Shown here one piece after another: positions 19,201-26,809 of a stretch of DNA of 35,024 bases (positions are counted from its first letter, which is position 1; each line of letters starts with the position of its first letter). The translations under genes and the position numbers were made by a program. Source of the DNA: Tepidanaerobacteraceae bacterium (GTDB lineage Bacteria > Bacillota > Thermosediminibacteria > Thermosediminibacterales > Tepidanaerobacteraceae); the NCBI GenBank assembly GCA_028706065.1, contig JAQWCA010000001.1, positions 1 to 35,024 of the forward strand. The letters run 5' to 3'. Below the pieces are notes generated by a model. It did no database searches, had not been told where the DNA came from, and saw only the letters and a list, made by a program, of their open reading frames with translations.

Positions 19201-19802
19201 AATCATTGGGACCGGTAAATATGCAAGCTATAGAAGATTATGATAACTTAAAGAATCGATATGATTTCTTAAAAGCTCAACGGGATGATTTGATAAAGGC
19301 AAAGTTCAACTTGGATAGCCTTATTGAACAGATGACTCAAACTATGGAAGGGATGCTGTTAACATCTATTGAGCAAGTAAATAAAGAATTTAATAAAGTT
19401 TTTTCGGAGCTTTTTGCAGGTGGTAAAGCAGAGCTTATCATTGATGGGGAAGGCAGCATACTAGAGTGTGGAGTGGATGTAAACGCTCAGCCGCCGGGAA
19501 AAAAATTACAAAACCTTTCACTTCTTTCCGGTGGAGAAAGGGCACTTACAGCTATTGCGCTGCTTTTTGGTATATTAAACACAAAAACCACACCTTTTTG
19601 TGTTCTTGATGAGATAGAAGCAGCTTTAGATGACGCCAATATAGAACGTTTTACAAAATATTTAAAAAAAGTATCAAAACACACTCAGTTTATTATTATT
19701 ACACACCGAAAAAGCACTATGGAAGTAGCAGATGCATTATATGGAATATCTATGGAAGAAACGGCAATTTCAAAAGTTCTGGCCGTAAAAATGGAAAAAT
19801 AA
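16239..19802 (+). CDS. smc: Chromosome partition protein Smc
   Basis: 1187 aa with Walker A (GPNGSGKSN), long coiled coils, a hinge (YGTVADII...AIETALGG), the signature LSGGE and Walker B (FCVLDEIEAALD). Canonical rnc...smc-ftsY context. Confidence 0.95.
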   Translation: MSLYLKRIELHGFKSFADRVELEFQLGINAIVGPNGSGKSNIIDAIRWVLGEQSVRTLRGAKLEDVIFTGSDKKRPMGMAEVAIILDNSDHLIPIDYSELCFIRRTFRSGESEFYLNRTPCRLKDIQEILVDSGVGKDGYSIIGQGRIDEILTCRPEERRVIFEEAAGITKYRGRKREAEKRMEETMANISRIDDVIFEISNQLEPLALQKAVALKYKELTFEFKEIDINLLLIELESKEKKLYHIKNNLDENEKILTRLDSSKELAKKQITEYEKKIKTNEEVYEKTQRDFFTINSRKKEIEKVLQLAISEKDRIQNENEGIVETIEHKEQKVHMARKTLELKANDLGQKIKIINQMELDVIENEKKLILLNNEIDKKEKLIENLKSDVIDLLNYASEKKNVISGLKAMKLNLEKRLKQVKNEELQLDDANAMTTEEILDIKEELLRLDSLCNEQEKEMDKLKASLRQKVAELENGEEIEVKKQQELTTATSRKRALKEITDSYEGYQFGVKNLLINLRNKRYMDHDIYGTVADIIAVQRQYEVAIETALGGTAQNIICQSEENAKKAIEYLKKHDYGRVTFLPLSTVKPRHIEKHELTVLSLKGCISVAIDLITYDKKYFPVLAYLLGRVLVADTIDNAIIMAKQSRFSFKIVTIQGEILSPGGSITGGSQKRSNSLLSRKRQLKEYEIRIEKLKTQLSEKKQLNNTLKKEIQDTQKMIEENTGSVYTTKSEIAVLKKQLQEKQNILEERNNRKKQLEAEKIHLESDIDEVSSQASSAEADIGNIDSQNIHSQRRAKDLQEQTDKNRETREKLAKDITDLKVRLATYKQEEIGFKQSVKTIEENLEIEAKDIKVLKEKTKENNDKIVSLEEKTFSYRENITMLTKSVQDCNELIESLKQQRESIKSDMYRAQEQLNKLEKEHNQIEKKLHDGSIQDATINIELNQIKNQLYERYSITVPEALKIKKELGSVDKMKNKLAILKKEIESLGPVNMQAIEDYDNLKNRYDFLKAQRDDLIKAKFNLDSLIEQMTQTMEGMLLTSIEQVNKEFNKVFSELFAGGKAELIIDGEGSILECGVDVNAQPPGKKLQNLSLLSGGERALTAIALLFGILNTKTTPFCVLDEIEAALDDANIERFTKYLKKVSKHTQFIIITHRKSTMEVADALYGISMEETAISKVLAVKMEK

Positions 19803-19822
19803 AAAAATACGGAGTGAATACG

Positions 19823-20716
19823 ATGGGCTTTTTTAATAAATTAAAACAAGGATTAAGCAAGACAAGAGATAGTTTTAGTGAAAAATTCGATAATATACTT
19901 AAATTTACTAAAAAAATCGATGAAGAAACTTTCGATGAATTGGAAGAGTTATTGATTTCAGCGGATGTTGGTGTTTGTACAACTCAGGAATTGATGGAAA
20001 GATTAAGAGAAAACTCTAAGAAGATAAATAATCTTGAAGAATTAAAAACAGTTTTAAAAGATGAAATCATAAACTTTTTCCCTAAGGAAAGTATTTCACT
20101 AACTTTTCCAGCCGTAATACTTGTTGTTGGGGTAAATGGCGTTGGAAAAACCACATCTATAGGGAAGCTGGCCAATAGATATAAAGCAGAAGGAAAAAAA
20201 GTTATTTTGGCTGCTGCCGATACTTTTAGGGCTGCAGCTGTTGATCAGTTGGAAATATGGGGTAACAGAGTGGGGGTAGATATAATTAAACACAAAGAAG
20301 GTGCGGATCCAGCCTCGGTGCTGTTTGATGCATTGAAGGCAGGGAAAGCGCGAAAAGCAGATATTATTATCTGTGATACAGCTGGCCGGCTTCATACGAA
20401 AAAAAATTTGATGGCTGAACTTAAAAAGCTTTACAGGGTATGCCATAAAGAATACCCTGAGGCCAATGTTACAAGCCTTATGGTTTTAGATGCTACCACC
20501 GGCCAAAACGCTCTGAGTCAGGCTAGGATGTTTAAAGAAGCAGTAGATTTTTCTGGAATAATTCTAACTAAGTTGGATGGTACAGCAAAAGGAGGAATTG
20601 CTATTGCCATCGCTTCAGAATTGAAGATACCGGTATGGTATATAGGTATTGGTGAAGGAATAAATGACTTACAAGAATTTAGCCCTCAAGATTTTGTAGA
20701 TGCAATATTTATTTAA
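19823..20716 (+). CDS. ftsY: Signal recognition particle receptor FtsY
   Basis: MGFFNKLKQGLSKTR N-terminus, GVNGVGKTTSIGKLA, DTAGRL and TKLDGTAKGG. ATG at 19823 is better spaced from GGAG than the track's GTG at 19814. Confidence 0.93.
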   Translation: MGFFNKLKQGLSKTRDSFSEKFDNILKFTKKIDEETFDELEELLISADVGVCTTQELMERLRENSKKINNLEELKTVLKDEIINFFPKESISLTFPAVILVVGVNGVGKTTSIGKLANRYKAEGKKVILAAADTFRAAAVDQLEIWGNRVGVDIIKHKEGADPASVLFDALKAGKARKADIIICDTAGRLHTKKNLMAELKKLYRVCHKEYPEANVTSLMVLDATTGQNALSQARMFKEAVDFSGIILTKLDGTAKGGIAIAIASELKIPVWYIGIGEGINDLQEFSPQDFVDAIFI

Positions 20717-20724
20717 AAAAATAG

Positions 20725-20753
20725 TTGACTATTTATTTAACATTATGTAAAAT
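20725..20753 (+). promoter_or_regulatory. Candidate sigma-A promoter for ylxM-ffh-rpsP...
   Basis: TTGACT at 20725-20730, a 17-nt spacer, TAAAAT at 20748-20753. Confidence 0.5.
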
Positions 20754-20789
20754 AACAATGTAAAGGTTTAATACTTTACAGGTGATATT

Positions 20790-21149
20790 ATGGATAATAT
20801 TACAAAACTAAATCTTTTATTTGATTACTATGGAGGCTTTTTAACAAATAAGCAACAGGATATTTTCGAATTGTATTATCTAAATGACTTATCACTGGGT
20901 GAAATTGCTGAAAATAACGGTATAACCCGACAAGGTGTCTATGATATCCTTCGTCGTTCGCAACACATATTATACAATTTTGAAGAAAAGCTCGGAATGG
21001 TAAGTAAATATTTTAGTCGAAAAAAAGAGATTGAGGAAATACTTATACTTCTTGAGGAATTAAAGCAGGGTCTTTCTTCTGACTATGATAAAAAATACAA
21101 AGTAGTTTATAATCGTGTTGTTTCATTGTTAAAGGAAGGCGGTGGTTAG
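20790..21149 (+). CDS. ylxM: YlxM/UPF0122 helix-turn-helix protein (sigma-70 region-4-like, SRP-operon associated)
   Basis: LFDYYGGFLTNKQQDIFELYYLNDLSLGEIAENNGITRQGVYD is the typical YlxM sequence. Sits directly upstream of ffh. Confidence 0.85.
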   Translation: MDNITKLNLLFDYYGGFLTNKQQDIFELYYLNDLSLGEIAENNGITRQGVYDILRRSQHILYNFEEKLGMVSKYFSRKKEIEEILILLEELKQGLSSDYDKKYKVVYNRVVSLLKEGGG

Positions 21150-21151
21150 GT

Positions 21152-22492
21152 TTGGCTTTTGAATCTCTTACTAATAAATTGGGTGATATATTTAAAAAAC
21201 TTCGGGGAAAAGGCAAGTTGTCTGAAGCCGATGTAAAACAGGCAATGAGAGAAGTTAGGCTTGCATTGCTTGAAGCTGATGTAAACTTTAAAGTTGTAAA
21301 AGATCTAGTTTTCAGAATAACTGAAAGATCAGTGGGTCAAGAAGTGATGGATAGCCTGACGCCGGCCCAACAGGTCATAAAAATCGTAAATGAAGAGCTT
21401 ACTTCGCTAATGGGTTCGAAAGAATCTAGAATTAATTTTTCATCAAAAGATATTACTACAATTATACTGGTCGGTCTTCAGGGATCCGGTAAAACTACTA
21501 CAGCCGGTAAATTAGGAAGATTGCTATCCAAAGGTGGGAAAAGGCCGCTTTTAGTAGCTGCCGATATTTATCGTCCGGCAGCCATAACTCAGCTTCAAGT
21601 AGTAGGAGAGAAACTTGGATTACCTGTTTTTACCATGGGACAACAAGATCCCGTCAATATTTCAAGAGCATCGTTGGAATATGCAAGAAAACATAATTGT
21701 GATGTAGTTATAATAGATACTGCCGGGCGTTTACACATAGATGATGAATTGATGAATGAGCTGTCAGAGATTAATAAAACTGTAAACTCCAATGAAATAA
21801 TGCTTGTAGTGGACAGCATGACCGGACAAGACGCAGTAAATGTAGCCGCAGAATTCAACAAAAGGTTACCCTTAACAGGTCTTATTTTGACCAAATTAGA
21901 TGGTGATAGTCGCGGTGGAGCAGCGCTTTCAGTTAAAGCAGTTACAGGTTGTCCCATAAAATATGTGGGAATGGGAGAAAAACTTGATGATTTGGAGATT
22001 TTCTACCCTGAAAGAATGGCTTCAAGAATTCTTGGGATGGGTGATGTTTTAACTCTTATAGAAAAAGCTACTGCAGATTTCGATATGAAAAAGGCCAAAG
22101 AATTAGAGCAAAAGCTAAAAACCCAGGCATTTGATTTAAACGATTTTTTAGATCAACTTTCACAAGTCAAGAAGATGGGGTCTTTTGATCAAGTTTTAAA
22201 CATGATACCGGGCCTTTCACCCCAAAAGTTGAAGGGCGTTGAATTTGATGACAAAGAGCTGGATCGGGTAGAGGCTATTATCAATTCAATGACCTTTGAG
22301 GAAAGAAAAAGCCCTTCAGTAATTAATGGAAGTCGTCGTAAACGAATAGCTAACGGTAGCGGAACGGCCATTCAAGATGTTAATCGATTGCTAAAACAGT
22401 ATGATCAAACAAAAAAGATGATAAAACAATTTACAGGAGTTGAAAAGAGTCGCAAAAAAGGTAGGCAAAAATTTCCGTTTTTTGGCTTTTAG
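21152..22492 (+). CDS. ffh: Signal recognition particle protein Ffh
   Basis: [11 protein letters not shown]-terminus, [20 protein letters not shown] and [14 protein letters not shown], plus a Met-rich M domain. TTG start. Confidence 0.95.
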   Translation: MAFESLTNKLGDIFKKLRGKGKLSEADVKQAMREVRLALLEADVNFKVVKDLVFRITERSVGQEVMDSLTPAQQVIKIVNEELTSLMGSKESRINFSSKDITTIILVGLQGSGKTTTAGKLGRLLSKGGKRPLLVAADIYRPAAITQLQVVGEKLGLPVFTMGQQDPVNISRASLEYARKHNCDVVIIDTAGRLHIDDELMNELSEINKTVNSNEIMLVVDSMTGQDAVNVAAEFNKRLPLTGLILTKLDGDSRGGAALSVKAVTGCPIKYVGMGEKLDDLEIFYPERMASRILGMGDVLTLIEKATADFDMKKAKELEQKLKTQAFDLNDFLDQLSQVKKMGSFDQVLNMIPGLSPQKLKGVEFDDKELDRVEAIINSMTFEERKSPSVINGSRRKRIANGSGTAIQDVNRLLKQYDQTKKMIKQFTGVEKSRKKGRQKFPFFGF

Positions 22493-22506
22493 AAGGAGGT
22501 GAAGTA

Positions 22507-22791
22507 ATGGCTGTAAAAATAAGATTAAAGCGCATGGGTGCTAAGAAAAAACCTTTTTATAGAGTTGTCGTAGCTGATAGCCGTATGCCGAGAGATGGCA
22601 GATTCATAGAAGAAATAGGCTATTATAATCCTTTAACAGATCCCATAGAAGTAAAAATTAATGAAGAAAAAGCTACACATTGGCTTGAAAAAGGAGCTAT
22701 TCCCACTGATACAGTTAAATTCCTATTCAAAAACCTTGGGATCTTGGATGATAAAAAAACAGTAAAACAACAGTCTGAAATTGAGGCCTAA
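22507..22791 (+). CDS. rpsP: 30S ribosomal protein S16
   Basis: [27 protein letters not shown]-terminus. Confidence 0.95.
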   Translation: MAVKIRLKRMGAKKKPFYRVVVADSRMPRDGRFIEEIGYYNPLTDPIEVKINEEKATHWLEKGAIPTDTVKFLFKNLGILDDKKTVKQQSEIEA

Positions 22792-22801
22792 TCCACATAA
22801 G

Positions 22802-22821
22802 ATTATTGACCATTATTGACC
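22802..22821 (+). repeat. Perfect tandem duplication of a 10-nt unit (ATTATTGACC x2) in the rpsP-khpA spacer
   Basis: Read directly: 22802-22811 is identical to 22812-22821. Confidence 0.9.
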
Positions 22822-22839
22822 TAAAGGAGGAAGTAATCT

Positions 22840-23067
22840 GTGATAGAATTAGTTGAATATATTGCAAAAGCCTTGGTGGATTACCCTGAAAATGTTTCTG
22901 TCAACCAGGTAGAAGGTGAGCAATCCATTATTCTGGAACTAAAAGTGGATCCCGAAGATATGGGTAAGGTTATAGGTAAGCAAGGTAGAATAGCCAAAGC
23001 AATTCGCACTGTAGTTAAAGCAGCGGCTGCCAAGGAAGGCAAAAGGGTTGTTGTAGAGATTATATAG
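22840..23067 (+). CDS. khpA: KH-domain RNA-binding protein (YlqC/KhpA family)
   Basis: 75 aa with a GxxG KH motif ([13 protein letters not shown]). Conserved position between rpsP and rimM. GTG start after AAAGGAGG. Confidence 0.85.
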   Translation: MIELVEYIAKALVDYPENVSVNQVEGEQSIILELKVDPEDMGKVIGKQGRIAKAIRTVVKAAAAKEGKRVVVEII

Positions 23068-23072
23068 GTTTC

Positions 23073-23099
23073 GGGGGTTGGGGCAACCTAACCCTTTTT
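23073..23099 (+). terminator. Weak candidate terminator or attenuator after khpA
   Basis: GGGTT (23075-23079) / AACCC (23090-23094), followed by TTTTT. An alternative inner stem GGTTG/CAACC exists. Short stems make this a low-confidence call. Confidence 0.35.
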
Positions 23100-23191
23100 C
23101 GTAATACATAGTAAAATAAAGAATTCCCCTTTAAACTTCTATAATACAAAGTGTAAAGGTATCACTTGTTAAAAGCTAAAGGAGAATAGCC

Positions 23192-23707
23192 TTGAAGGAG
23201 AAAGAGTATCTTACGGTAGGGAAAATTCTGTCCTCTTGGGGTGTTAAAGGTCAAGTTAAGGTTGAAGCGCTGACAGATGATCCAAATAGATTCAAAAACT
23301 TACAAGAGATCGCTATTGATTTAGCTCATGGGTTTATATTTTACCAGGTTCAATCGGTATTCTTCTTAAAACAGGGCTTTCCGGTTTTGAAGTTTAAGAG
23401 CATTGACACAAGAGAAGAGGCAGAAGAATTAAAGGGATATTATATTAAAGTCCATAGAAAAGATGCCGTGAGATTGCCTAAAGGTCATTATTTTATATGT
23501 GATATAATAGGGCTAACAGTTGATAACGAATTGGGTGATTCCATAGGAACGGTTATAGATGTGCTTCAAACGGGAGCAAACGATATATATGTAATAGAGG
23601 CAAAAAACAAAAAGGAATTACTCATCCCAGCCATTAAACAGGTAGTTAAAAAGATAGATATAGAAAATGGTACAATGGTGATAAGACCGATGGAGGGGAT
23701 GATGTAA
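23192..23707 (+). CDS. rimM: 16S rRNA processing protein RimM
   Basis: LTVGKILSSWGVKGQVKV N-terminus and a PRC-barrel C-terminal domain. TTG start after AAAGGAGA. Confidence 0.9.
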   Translation: MKEKEYLTVGKILSSWGVKGQVKVEALTDDPNRFKNLQEIAIDLAHGFIFYQVQSVFFLKQGFPVLKFKSIDTREEAEELKGYYIKVHRKDAVRLPKGHYFICDIIGLTVDNELGDSIGTVIDVLQTGANDIYVIEAKNKKELLIPAIKQVVKKIDIENGTMVIRPMEGMM

Positions 23708-24465
23708 TGCTAAATATCCACATTCTAACTTTATTTCCCGAGTTTTTTGAAAGTCCGTTCAATGTTAGTATTATAAAACGAGCTTGTGACAAGGGTTTAG
23801 TTGATATTGAGCTGATTAATATTAGAGATTTTTCTCAAGATAAACATAAGAAGGTAGATGATTATCCCTACGGAGGCGGCTGTGGGATGGTTATGAAACC
23901 TGAACCAATTTTTGAAGCGGTGGAATATGTCGAAAGCAAAATCAACACAGTGAATCGTCGAATAATTTTACTATCTCCCCAAGGCAAGTTATTTGACCAA
24001 TCCATAGCTCGCAATTTATCCCAAGAAGAACATATTGTTTTTATTTGTGGTCATTATGAAGGTATAGATGAAAGAGTTAAAACATTAGTGACTGATGAGA
24101 TTTCCATTGGTGATTATATTTTGACTGGGGGAGAAGTTCCTGCTCTTGCTATTGTGGATGCTGCAATAAGATTTATTCCAGGCGTTTTAGGTAGTAGTGA
24201 ATCCCCGGAAGATGAATCTTTTTGTGAAGGGCTTTTGGAATATCCACATTATACAAGACCAGAAATTTATAAAGGGCTTAAAGTTCCCGATGTGCTTCTT
24301 TCGGGTAATCATAAACAGATTGAACTTTTCAGACGGAGGGAAGCTTTAAAGAGGACATGTGAGAAGAGACCTGATTTATTTAATAGACTAAAGTTGACCA
24401 ATGATGATATTGAGTTACTGAAAGGAGCTACTTATTATAAACAGGAACTAAAAAATACTTATTGA
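23707..24465 (+). CDS. trmD: tRNA (guanine37-N1)-methyltransferase TrmD
   Basis: [26 protein letters not shown] and [11 protein letters not shown] motifs. Its start overlaps the rimM stop (TAATG). Confidence 0.95.
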   Translation: MLNIHILTLFPEFFESPFNVSIIKRACDKGLVDIELINIRDFSQDKHKKVDDYPYGGGCGMVMKPEPIFEAVEYVESKINTVNRRIILLSPQGKLFDQSIARNLSQEEHIVFICGHYEGIDERVKTLVTDEISIGDYILTGGEVPALAIVDAAIRFIPGVLGSSESPEDESFCEGLLEYPHYTRPEIYKGLKVPDVLLSGNHKQIELFRRREALKRTCEKRPDLFNRLKLTNDDIELLKGATYYKQELKNTY

Positions 24466-24466
24466 T

Positions 24467-24494
24467 TGTCAAGAAAAAGCCTTTATGTTATAAT
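24467..24494 (+). promoter_or_regulatory. Candidate strong sigma-A promoter for rplS with an extended -10
   Basis: TTGTCA at 24467-24472, a 16-nt spacer, TGtTATAAT at 24486-24494. Lies just after the trmD stop. Confidence 0.55.
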
Positions 24495-24554
24495 ATGTTT
24501 TGTTGCAGCGACTACACTGAATACTTATATAAAGTGCATAAGGAGGGAAGACGT

Positions 24555-24896
24555 GTGGATTTACTCACTTCCGTTGAACAAGAACAAATAAAAAAAGACA
24601 TCCCCGACTTTAGAGCTGGAGACACCATAAGTGTTTACACTAAGGTTGTAGAAGGTAGCCGGGAACGTATCCAGGTTTTTGAAGGAACTGTTATTGCTAG
24701 AAAAGGCGGTGGATTAAAGGAGACTTTTACAGTTCGCAAGATATCATATGGTGTTGGTGTTGAAAGAGTTTTTCCTTTGAACTCACCCCGCATCGATAGA
24801 ATCGAAGTTGTAAAGAAAGGCAAAGTGCGTAGAGCAAAACTTTATTATATGAGAAAATTAAGAGGAAAAGCTGCTAGAATAAAAGAGAGGGACTGA
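24555..24896 (+). CDS. rplS: 50S ribosomal protein L19
   Basis: The GTG at 24555, 7 nt after AGGAGGG, gives a 113-aa L19 ([23 protein letters not shown]...). The 31-aa N-terminal extension in the track ORF (from 24462) covers the promoter and leader and is rejected. Confidence 0.93.
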   Translation: MDLLTSVEQEQIKKDIPDFRAGDTISVYTKVVEGSRERIQVFEGTVIARKGGGLKETFTVRKISYGVGVERVFPLNSPRIDRIEVVKKGKVRRAKLYYMRKLRGKAARIKERD

Positions 24897-24916
24897 TTAC
24901 AGTCCCTTTATTATTT
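24889..24916 (+). terminator. Rho-independent terminator overlapping the rplS stop codon
   Basis: 7-bp stem GGGACTG / CAGTCCC, a 4-nt loop, then TTTATTATTT. Confidence 0.7.
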
Positions 24917-24924
24917 GCTCGGAG

Positions 24925-25794
24925 GTGATTGTTATAAATATACAATGGTATCCCGGTCATATGGTAAAAACAAAAAAAATCATCAGGGAAAATTTAAAGT
25001 TGATCGATATCGTATTTGAGGTAGCTGATGCTCGGGCTCCGCTAAGTACGCATCTTCCCGATATTGATAGTTTGATAGGAAATAAAGATGTAATTATGAT
25101 ACTAAGTAAAGCTGATTTGGCAGACAAAGAAATAACTGATTTATGGATAAAATATTTCAAAGAACAGGGTATCAGAGCCATAGCGGTTGATATGCTAAGA
25201 AAATCTGGCTTTAAAAAACTGCAAGGCGTTATTCGGAACTTTAAGAAAAAAACCATATTGAGAGCTACTAGATGTATGGTTATTGGGGCTCCCAACGTAG
25301 GTAAATCATCCCTGATTAATCAGATGGCAGGGAGAAAAAGTGCAAGGATTGCCAATACGCCAGGTGTGACGCGAAGTAAAATGTGGTTAAAAGTGGATGA
25401 AGGATTGGAGTTATTGGATACACCGGGGATTTTATGGCCTAAGTTTGAGGATAAGGCTACTGGTATAAAACTTGCGCTTTTAGGTTGTATTAAACAAGAG
25501 ATTTTGAATTTCGAGCAACTCTCAGCAATACTTTTGGAGTATTTATTAAAGCATTATCCGCAAAATCTTGAGTCTAGATACAAGATAGGTTCTGATTTAG
25601 CCTCTACTGAGATTTTAGAACAGATAGCCCAAAATCGTGGTTTTTTAGTCAGTGGTGGGGTTCTTGATTTGGAAAGAAGTGCAAAAACCCTTATAACCGA
25701 ATTCAGACAAGGAATTCTAGGGAAAATATCTTTAGAAAAACCTGAAGAAAAAGGAGGACTTTGGACTGAAATATCGAATCAAGATAATGTCTAA
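24925..25794 (+). CDS. rbgA: Ribosome biogenesis GTPase A (YlqF/RbgA)
   Basis: IQWYPGHM N-terminal motif and circularly permuted GTPase motifs (SKADL, then GAPNVGKSSLIN, then DTPG). The start codon is uncertain (see findings). Confidence 0.9.
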   Translation: MIVINIQWYPGHMVKTKKIIRENLKLIDIVFEVADARAPLSTHLPDIDSLIGNKDVIMILSKADLADKEITDLWIKYFKEQGIRAIAVDMLRKSGFKKLQGVIRNFKKKTILRATRCMVIGAPNVGKSSLINQMAGRKSARIANTPGVTRSKMWLKVDEGLELLDTPGILWPKFEDKATGIKLALLGCIKQEILNFEQLSAILLEYLLKHYPQNLESRYKIGSDLASTEILEQIAQNRGFLVSGGVLDLERSAKTLITEFRQGILGKISLEKPEEKGGLWTEISNQDNV

Positions 25795-25809
25795 AGGGGG
25801 ATTGAATCT

Positions 25810-26442
25810 ATGGATATAAAAGAAGAAAGAGCTAGACTATTAAAATTATATAATATGGAAAGAAAATTAAAACAAAAGGGTTATACGCTGGTCGCAGGAG
25901 TAGATGAGGCTGGGCGCGGGCCTTTGGCAGGTCCGGTAGTAGCAGCTGCTACCATTCTTGCTGTAGATACGCAGATAATTGATTTAAATGATTCAAAAAA
26001 AATAAGTGAGAAGAAAAGGGAAAAAGTATATGAAGACATAAAGAAAAATGTCATTGCTTATGCTTTTGACGTGATTGATGTTGAATACATAGATAACTAT
26101 AATATTTTAAATTCGACCTTGATAGCCATGAAAAATGCAGTTAAGAAACTCTCTGTTACGCCGGAATATATTTTAGTCGATGCCTTGAGAATACCGGGTA
26201 TTGTTATACCTCAGGAGCCGGTCATACATGGTGACAGTATTTGTGCATGCATAGCAGCTGCTTCTATAGTGGCTAAGGTGGAAAGAGACAGGATAATGAG
26301 AAAATATGATATGGATTTTCCTCAATATGGATTTTTAAAGAATAAAGGATATGGTACTAAAGAGCATATAAAATCCATAAAAAAATATGGTTTATGTCCC
26401 ATTCATCGTCGGAGTTTTTCCGTCAAGGGGTTGAATATATAA
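25810..26442 (+). CDS. rnhB: Ribonuclease HII
   Basis: VAGVDEAGRGPLAGPVV and DSKK motifs. 210 aa. Confidence 0.95.
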   Translation: MDIKEERARLLKLYNMERKLKQKGYTLVAGVDEAGRGPLAGPVVAAATILAVDTQIIDLNDSKKISEKKREKVYEDIKKNVIAYAFDVIDVEYIDNYNILNSTLIAMKNAVKKLSVTPEYILVDALRIPGIVIPQEPVIHGDSICACIAAASIVAKVERDRIMRKYDMDFPQYGFLKNKGYGTKEHIKSIKKYGLCPIHRRSFSVKGLNI

Positions 26443-26444
26443 AA

Positions 26445-26798
26445 TTGAACAATAAACAAATCGGTGCATTAGGAGAAAAGCAAGCAGCTGAATACTTGAA
26501 GAGTAAAAATTATAAGATACTTCAAATGAACTTTTCCTGTCGTTATGGGGAAATTGACATCATAGCAAAGGATAAAACGACTATCGTCTTTGTTGAGGTT
26601 AAAGCCAGAAGATCATCAAATTACGGTAAGGGTATGGAATCAGTAAATTATCGTAAACAACAAAAAATTAGAAAAGTTGCCCTATATTTTTTCAAACAGA
26701 ACCCCTCGCTTTTTTCTAATCTGAGGTTTGACGTTATAGATATAATGATGAAAAACGATCATGTTGTTCAAATAGAGCATATCAAAAATGCCTTTTAG
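26445..26798 (+). CDS. yraN: YraN/UPF0102 family endonuclease
   Basis: GALGEKQAAEYLKSKNYKILQMNFSCRYGEIDIIAKDKTTIVFVEVKAR is typical of YraN. The TTG at 26445, just after the rnhB stop, gives about 117 aa. The track's ATG at 26394 overlaps rnhB by 49 nt and has no SD. Confidence 0.8.
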   Translation: MNNKQIGALGEKQAAEYLKSKNYKILQMNFSCRYGEIDIIAKDKTTIVFVEVKARRSSNYGKGMESVNYRKQQKIRKVALYFFKQNPSLFSNLRFDVIDIMMKNDHVVQIEHIKNAF

Positions 26799-26809
26799 GG
26801 GGGGATTTT

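Noticed and set aside
16239-19802. The SMC-family ATPase as a possible defence-system component (Wadjet/Lamassu-like)
   Set aside because: It is a full-length canonical Smc (1187 aa with a hinge) in the conserved rnc-smc-ftsY housekeeping context, with no JetA/B/D or LmuA-type partners.
20099-20446. 115-aa - strand ORF inside ftsY, and similar ORFs at 21595-21957 and 22189-22371 inside ffh
   Set aside because: These are shadow ORFs opposite conserved GTPase domains.
24462-24554. N-terminal 31-aa extension of the L19 ORF ([31 protein letters not shown])
   Set aside because: It covers a near-consensus promoter and the SD. L19 proteins are about 113-116 aa, and the GTG at 24555 has ideal SD spacing.
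24957-25295. 112-aa - strand ORF inside rbgA
   Set aside because: Shadow ORF with no independent signals.
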